From positions 1-37,041 of the forward strand of contig RBNJ01000198.1 of the NCBI GenBank assembly GCA_003990765.1: a stretch of DNA of 37,041 nucleotides, written 5' to 3'. Shown one piece after another: positions 31,101 through 37,041 of this stretch. How positions within the stretch are numbered: position 1 is the first letter of the stretch; each line of letters begins with the position of its first letter. Below the pieces are notes generated by a model. The model made no database searches. It was not told where the DNA came from and saw nothing but the letters and a program-made list of their open reading frames with translations. The stretch is from Jimgerdemannia flammicorona (Eukaryota). A program made the translations under genes and the position numbers.

Positions 31101-32233
31101 ATCCACGTTTTCATCACGCCTTTGCTGCGAAACGGACCCTCCGAGGCCCTCAGGTTCCAAGGGGTTTGGTGTGGTACTTTTAAATAAATGCCCTCAAAAA
31201 TTAGTACATCTAACAATCTTTCACTTTGGAATGGCCAATGTCGACATCCGAATCCCTCACCCGAGATGATCTGGAGCTCTGTCCACCTCCATGCTTTCGG
31301 CAGCATATCGCTGGCCTTCGGGCGCGCTCTGGGGCGTGGTGCCGGCATCGCTGGAACCGGCCGCTACGGCGATACTTTCTTCCATCGGGACAGATGTTAG
31401 GGTACTTGCACTCTCATATTGGGCTCCAGTTTCTTGATGAACAGGTATACTCCTTATGTGACCAAATATATGATGTATATCAGAATTCCTGTCATATCCG
31501 AACACAAGTAATTAGCATTCATGAGTCTTACCCAACGTGACTTGGAGGTTGGTCGAGCACGCTTGCACCCGACATATTCTCAAGCATTTTCGGCAGTGCG
31601 TTTCCAGTGTGACTTGGGTTCGCCGCTGGACGAGCACCTTGATCATTAACGTTGTCGTCGTCGAAGTTGTGGCATGGGGGTACTGTGGACGATGGTGTGG
31701 TTGCTATACATGCGAGTGGGCTGTCTATTTCCATGCTTTCGGCAGTATGTTGCTGGCCTTTGAGCGCGCTCTGGGGCGGGGCATCGCTGGAACCGGCCGC
31801 TACAGCTATACCTTCTTCCTTTGGGACAGATGTTGGGGTACTTGAACTCTCATATTGGGCTCCAGTTTCTTGGTGAATAGACACCTCCCTTATGTGGCCA
31901 AATATATAAATATATGATATACATCAAAATTCCTATCATATCCGATTAGCATTCGTGATCCTTACCCAACGTAAACTGGAGGTTGATCGGACTCTATTGT
32001 ATCCGACACATTCTCGTCGAGCACATCTGGCTGCGCGTTGATAGTGCGGCTTGGATTAGCCGCTGGATGAGCCTCGTAGAAGCTCCCTTGATCGTCATCG
32101 TCGTCGTCGTCGAACCATGGGGACACTGTAGACGACGGTGTGGTTAATATATACGTGTGAGCAATGTTTTCGTATTTGACTTGGCGGATGTTCCCAGTGG
32201 CCTATCGTGCTTACCAAATTGATTAGACGCCAT
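28188..32233 (-). CDS. Multi-exon uncharacterised protein (~1040 aa), probably 3'-truncated. Exons: 32233-32215, 32125-31966, 31888-31532, 31452-31261, 31176-30974, 30870-30678, 30598-30404, 30311-30089, 30021-29541, 29450-28658, 28559-28522, ~28456-28191
   Basis: The GT..AG junctions give consistent phases and one open frame (MASNQF|V...GLYRMLSLYKDNGVSGL|VDKIIL...NLHR|YLCKLTD...). The last acceptor must be a downstream AG to avoid a TGA. Exon 8 may instead end at a CAG|GCAAG donor near 30116. Confidence 0.8.
28880..29015 (-). repeat. Coding 27-30 nt tandem repeat (4-5 copies of NAGVTDV.TS)
   Basis: DAGITNVAAS NTGVTDVITS NAG-TDVTTS NAGVTDVATS NADITN in exon 10. Confidence 0.9.
31283..32160 (-). 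repeat. ~435-bp intragenic tandem duplication of an exon-intron-exon block
   Basis: HQETGAQYES...AVAAGSSDA...AESME and PAANPS.T.NA.P...DQPP..VG each occur twice, as does the intron (31453-31531 vs 31889-31965). Confidence 0.9.
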
Positions 32234-32293
32234 TGAGATTAGCTGCGTTTCGAATGAGGAGGTTCGTATTTAGTGGTTACCTTTGTTCATCTG

Positions 32294-33450
32294 CTAGACC
32301 ATCCACTGGGTTGTGTCGTCCAATATTGTGGTGTAAGAATATATTACCGTTTCTTCAGATCTCGTAGAGGATGGTAAAACATAGTGTACCCACCTTTCTG
32401 AGAAGTTTTTGTCTAGCAAATTGCTTACAGCGGCGAAGAGTGAAGTGGTAACTAACGTCTCGGCGCAAGGCTCAGATGTGCGATGAATCGCGACCACATA
32501 CACTGGTTCTCGGTTCAAAAAGGCAATCATATGCAGGTCGCACGATTTTGTTGACATCAGCGGACCTTTACATAATTTTAACTCAAAACTCAAACTGGAA
32601 AGCAACGACCCCAAGCCCACATCATTTTGAAAGACAAAAGATGATTCATCTTTCACTTCTGGTTAACAAAGAAATATCTTTTCGCCTAACTTGAGAGCGT
32701 TACCTTAGGTCCCAATCAACACGATGTTCCAAATGGTGCGCTCAGCTGGTCTTACGGAAACATTGGACACAACGAATATTTATCGCTTTCACTGAGTTTG
32801 GGCGATTTTGCTTCCATATAACACAAACATTCCAAAGGTATCATTTTCATAAAATTTGCACGAACGTCTTCCAGGAATGGAATCTGTGCGATCTACTTGG
32901 CAGGGACCATAAAAAGGTTAAAGTTTACTGTACTTGGATGTAACCTTGAAAAATCGTTATAAATAGGAGGGACCAGTCTGGGTCAGGGACCTGATCAAGA
33001 TCGATTTCCTGGAAGCCAAGTTCGAACTTTGCTGAAGACACAAGATTACGGCATGATTACACCCTCTGTTACAATTCACCCTCTATCTCAATTCCAATAT
33101 TCCATAGCAATACAATGTGTGTATATTCAACATATAAAAGATCGATCATGGAACCGCCAGGAGCAAGATGTTCAAATTTTTCTGCCATTTCGCGCGCAGG
33201 TCAATCCATTTACTAGGATGACATTCGAAGATTACGGCCGCGATGGGATCCTCCTATCCGCTCGCCTCCATTTGTCGATAACCAGTTTCTTTGTTTGAAA
33301 GCCCCAACGCTGGTCTTGCCATTTCGGATCGGACCTAGATAAAATGTCTGCCCAGTCGAGAAAAGGCGGTTGCATGTGAATTTGGAGTGCTGCGCAATAG
33401 AAAATGCTTTGTTCGGCACAAAAATTGTGGCTTGGTGAAATACGAAATCA
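32294..33450 (-). pseudogene. Possible decayed P-loop NTPase gene
   Basis: FYLGPIRNGKTS resembles a Walker A after a hydrophobic strand. Downstream frames are broken (TIWNIVLIGT*). No clear Walker B. Confidence 0.3.
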
Positions 33451-33831
33451 CGCGGTGAAGTCGTATGAACCCGAGAAGAGGTTGGCGGGTTCGTCGCGCC
33501 TGTGGTCTCGGCAGTCGTGGCGGGAAGAAAAGAAGTTCCGAAGAGAGAAGGCGGGGAAAGAAAATGGTGAGTGTGGGACAAAGGGTGGGTTGCAATTTGT
33601 GCTCACATGAGCGTGATGTCACATCCTCGTGAACGTGCGGCTTTCAACTCGCACCGATTTAGGTTGCGGTGGTGAATATTGGCATTGTCTGACTGGTTCA
33701 TCTGACATCACTTTGCGCAATGTTAATATATAGATTGGATTTCAATTTCTTCGACATGTAAGCACGTGACATCTGTTACGCCACACTTGTATACGTCATC
33801 AATTACTACGCCACTCATCAGCCAGCCTTAG

Positions 33832-36533
33832 TCCCACAACATAATTAAATGACCTACTGCAATGATCCCCGCCGAGATTGTCTCTGCCGAGGTCTTCCTG
33901 CTGTGAACACGCTCCACAATGCGGAGCACGGGTGAGTCGATGTATAGACCTATTATGTCCACAGGCAGCTCGTTCATAAACACTCCGGCGACATTCAGAC
34001 CATCAAGACCCCTTTGCTGACAATGGCCAAAACTGCTGGTTGTGACTCGAGTCTCCACCAACGAAATTCCTACCCCATCGACGACTTTCCCACCCATCGA
34101 CAAGACTCCTCTGATGACAATCGCTGAAATCGCTTCGTAATACCTCGCGGTGGTTTGTCTTTTAGGTTGACCCATGAAGAGCACTATTATCGTCATTCTG
34201 CACTCAGTCGTCGTTCATCGCCGTTCTGCGCTTAATCGTTGTCATTGTTCTATGCTTATCCGTCATCCTCCATCCATCGCCTGTCGTCGTCATCATCGCC
34301 GTTGCGCTTAGTCGTCGTTCATCGCTGTTCTGTGCTAAGTTGCTGTTCATTACTGTTCTGCGCTTAATCGTCGTTCATCGCTGTTCTGTGCTAAGTTACT
34401 GTTCATTACTGTTCTGCGTTTAATCGTCGTTCATCGCTGTTCTGTGCTAAGGTGCTGCTCATTACTGTTCTGCACTTAGTCGTCCGTCATCCGTCATCCG
34501 TCGTCCATCGTCCGTCGTCGCCATCGCCATCGCCATTCTGTGCTTAGTCGACGTTTATCGCCGTTCTGTGCCTAGTCGTTCTGGACTTGTTGTCGTTCAT
34601 CGCCGTCATCGTTCATCGTTCTGCGTTTAGTCATCCATCATCCGCAATCCATCGCCCATCGCCCATCGCCCATCGCCCATCGTCCGTCGTCATCTGTCAA
34701 CTGTCGTCCGTCATCCTTCCTCTCATTTATAATTTATAAGTAAATTAGCTTTAGTTGTAGTCTTTTTTTTTTTATCTCTAATAATTATTTTGGTATTGTA
34801 TGATAATAAAAAGAGAATTTAGTGTGTTTTGAGGTACATTTATGAGCGAACTGAATTGGAGACACATGCATCGAGAATATTGCGTCTACACTGCTACGCA
34901 TCCGCATCTATTCTGTGAACATCTGCATTGGGGCATCGGGAACGACATCTACGACATCTGAGATTGCATTGTCATCTGGGAATACATCCCAGATGTCTAT
35001 GACGTGTATCTGATCCACTTGACAACGATCTCGAGCAAAATGCGTTATATAACAATCCAGCGCAAATATCTCTCCTTCTCGTTAACGTCGTTCTCACAGG
35101 TGCTTCAAGACGAGCAAGCATTCGCCGGTCCGCACAATCACTATGTCGTCCTCAGGGTGCTCGGCACAGAGGATGATGGCCAAAGTCGTTATTAGAGATG
35201 GCGGTTTGGTCGAGCACAGAGCGTGCGAAAAATCGCCGAGGGAGCTTGGTTGGTTGATAGGGATCGGGTATTTGCTGGAATTAATGGGTCCTTTAGGACT
35301 CGCTTGTTTGGAACCTTTTGGGCCGGGGGAACATCATCACGAATTTTTTTTGGAGGTTCTGAACGATTTCTGAGAGGTTCTGGTGAGTTTTTAGGACATT
35401 TATAGAAACTTGCCAGGAGCCAAAATAGAAGTTGTGAGAAGCAGAACCCAGGTTTGGAAGCCAGAAATGTCCAGAAGTTAAAAGCCAGATGTAGCCAGAA
35501 GCCAGAAGCTAGAAGTTCATTTCCCGTGGGTCATATCTGGAATCGTTTGTATGTACTTCTACTATGAATGTGGTTTATTAAAGATATATTTCTAATAAAT
35601 AAAACTAACAATAATCATCAAGAACAATAGACTCCAGATATTTGAAAATTGGTCGCTGCTGTCATCGCGATTGCCGCTACTGTTATTGTGGTGCATGAAG
35701 GACCGCGTAGATATTGGCACCCTGAAATGCAAACCCCATCACGCGAACCACTTCACTAGGTGGAGAGGGGGTTTTACCTTCAGAATCTGAGAAGAGATGC
35801 AAGTTGAGTAAATATCCTGGTCAATACAGAGCTCCCCTTTTTCCTTCCCCTTCCCCTTTGCCACCCCCGCGGAACCACTCACTCATTATACATTGAACAC
35901 TTACATTCCCAGATCTCAGTTAAACTCCTGCACAAATACCTTCGGTCTTGCTGCTACGTCCACTTCCTTACTGAAATGTGGCTCGCAGTACACCACATAC
36001 TTGGCCGTCAGCGTGTATTCAAAGTCCTTGGCGTTGGCGCCAACCGGGCAAGAACGTAGGTGGGTCTCTTGTTTTTGCACATTGACGAGGTCCGTTGGGG
36101 TTGCTGTGGAGTCGTCGAAATTAATTTATATAAGATCAGTAGTAGGCTTTCGGAAGTGGAGGTAAGGGGACGTCGCTCGTTTGGTACGATGGATAACACC
36201 GTTTGGATCAATCGCGTCAGATATCAGATCCCCGCCTCACTGCTGGTCAGTTCAAATACCACGGCATCCTCCAACACTTCCCCAACAATCAAGCGATACA
36301 AAAACAAACACAAATCAAAACTTCGAAGGATGACAGATGACGGATAAGCACAGAACGATAACAATTAAGCTCAGAACGGCGATGAACGATGACTAAGTGC
36401 AGAATGATAGTGCTCTGCATGGGTCAACCTAGAAGACCAACCACTGCGAGGTACTCACGAAGCAATTTCAGCGGTTGTCAGCAGAAGGGGGGGGGGGCAG
36501 TAGGTCATTGCAGTAGAGTCTATGTCGTGGGCG
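33832..36533. mobile_element. Element bounded by long inverted repeats, or two inverted copies of one repeat (arms ~33832-34720 and ~36324-36533)
   Basis: 34108-34268 aligns well with the reverse complement of 36329-36488. Short extra matches: cccac(a/g)acata and aatgacctactgc outside, gtcatccttc inside. Confidence 0.65.
34195..34720. repeat. Minisatellite of ~28-bp units (ttctgtgcttagtcgtcgttcatcgccg) mixed with 7-bp units (catcgcc, cgtcatc)
   Basis: Tandem units are directly visible. Confidence 0.9.
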
Positions 36534-36907
36534 TAGGAATGAAGGAAAGAGGAGTTCAAAGTGCTAACCCCTTTATTTCATTAACAGTGCGTGAAGGCCA
36601 ACTTACAAAAGACCACGCAGACAGAGACGTAGCCAGGCCGTCTCCTAGCGATTATCAACCACGTGCGCATGAATTTAGAAAAATGCTTTTTGCAATCTGG
36701 ATATGCTATGCCACCTGTGTCGACCCAAAAATGGGTTCAATTGAACAGTCAAAGTCCCCCAATCCCACCTGTTCAATTGAACGCAAATCCAGCAAAATCG
36801 GCGCCTGGTATTTAATCCCAGCAAACTACAATTATGGCATATAATTAATTAAATTTATTCATACAACACATGCAAACGCAAATGCGAAAATAGCAAATGT
36901 GAATACA

Positions 36908-36909
<2 letters not shown>

Positions 36910-36956
<47 letters not shown>

Positions 36957-37041
36957 GGACTCATGTCCCGCGGAATTTTATTGGAAGGGAACCTAGACTA
37001 TATAGGCCAAAACCCTCCCCCACCACCCACCAAGCTCTGCC
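36910..37041 (-). mobile_element. 3' end of a polyadenylated retroelement, young copy, running off the window
   Basis: 44-nt poly(T). Minus strand reads AATAAAattccgcgggacatgagtccgtt(A)n. A second copy lies at 24207. Confidence 0.72.

Noticed and set aside
33774..33782. TGTTACGCC matching the end of the putative solo LTR
   Set aside because: Only 9 nt match and the flanking sequence does not align.
33828..34196. 122-aa ORF and the similar 36389-36844 ORF as a gene pair
   Set aside because: Their similarity is limited to the inverted-repeat arm; no recognisable protein motifs.

Overview
Eukaryotic, most likely fungal, accessory region. GT-AG introns of about 60-100 nt and the protein types suggest Mucoromycota, but that is inference. 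The left 24 kb is a tandem array of ~3.3-3.8 kb units carrying intronless BTB/POZ-(BACK-like)-SPRY/B30.2 genes: five intact copies, one copy whose SPRY is broken and replaced by a hydrophobic tail, one 5'-truncated pseudogene, and an eighth unit cut off before its ORF. The paralogs are conserved in the BTB part but vary strongly in four SPRY loop segments, one of which changes length through a 9-nt microrepeat. All but one of the units also carry a decayed, divergently oriented ORF relic. Two copies have transposon-like insertions right upstream of the ATG. A ~950 bp 17-bp minisatellite precedes the array. From 24.2 to 28.15 kb lies a CpG-free block of hypermutated TE debris (polyadenylated retroelement end, Tc1/mariner transposase, Gypsy integrase tail). 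A 12-exon minus-strand gene (~1040 aa, 32233 to ~28190) ends at that block. The right end holds a possible P-loop pseudogene, an inverted-repeat element with an internal minisatellite, and the 3' end of a young retroelement copy. All calls come from reading by eye; no searches were run.
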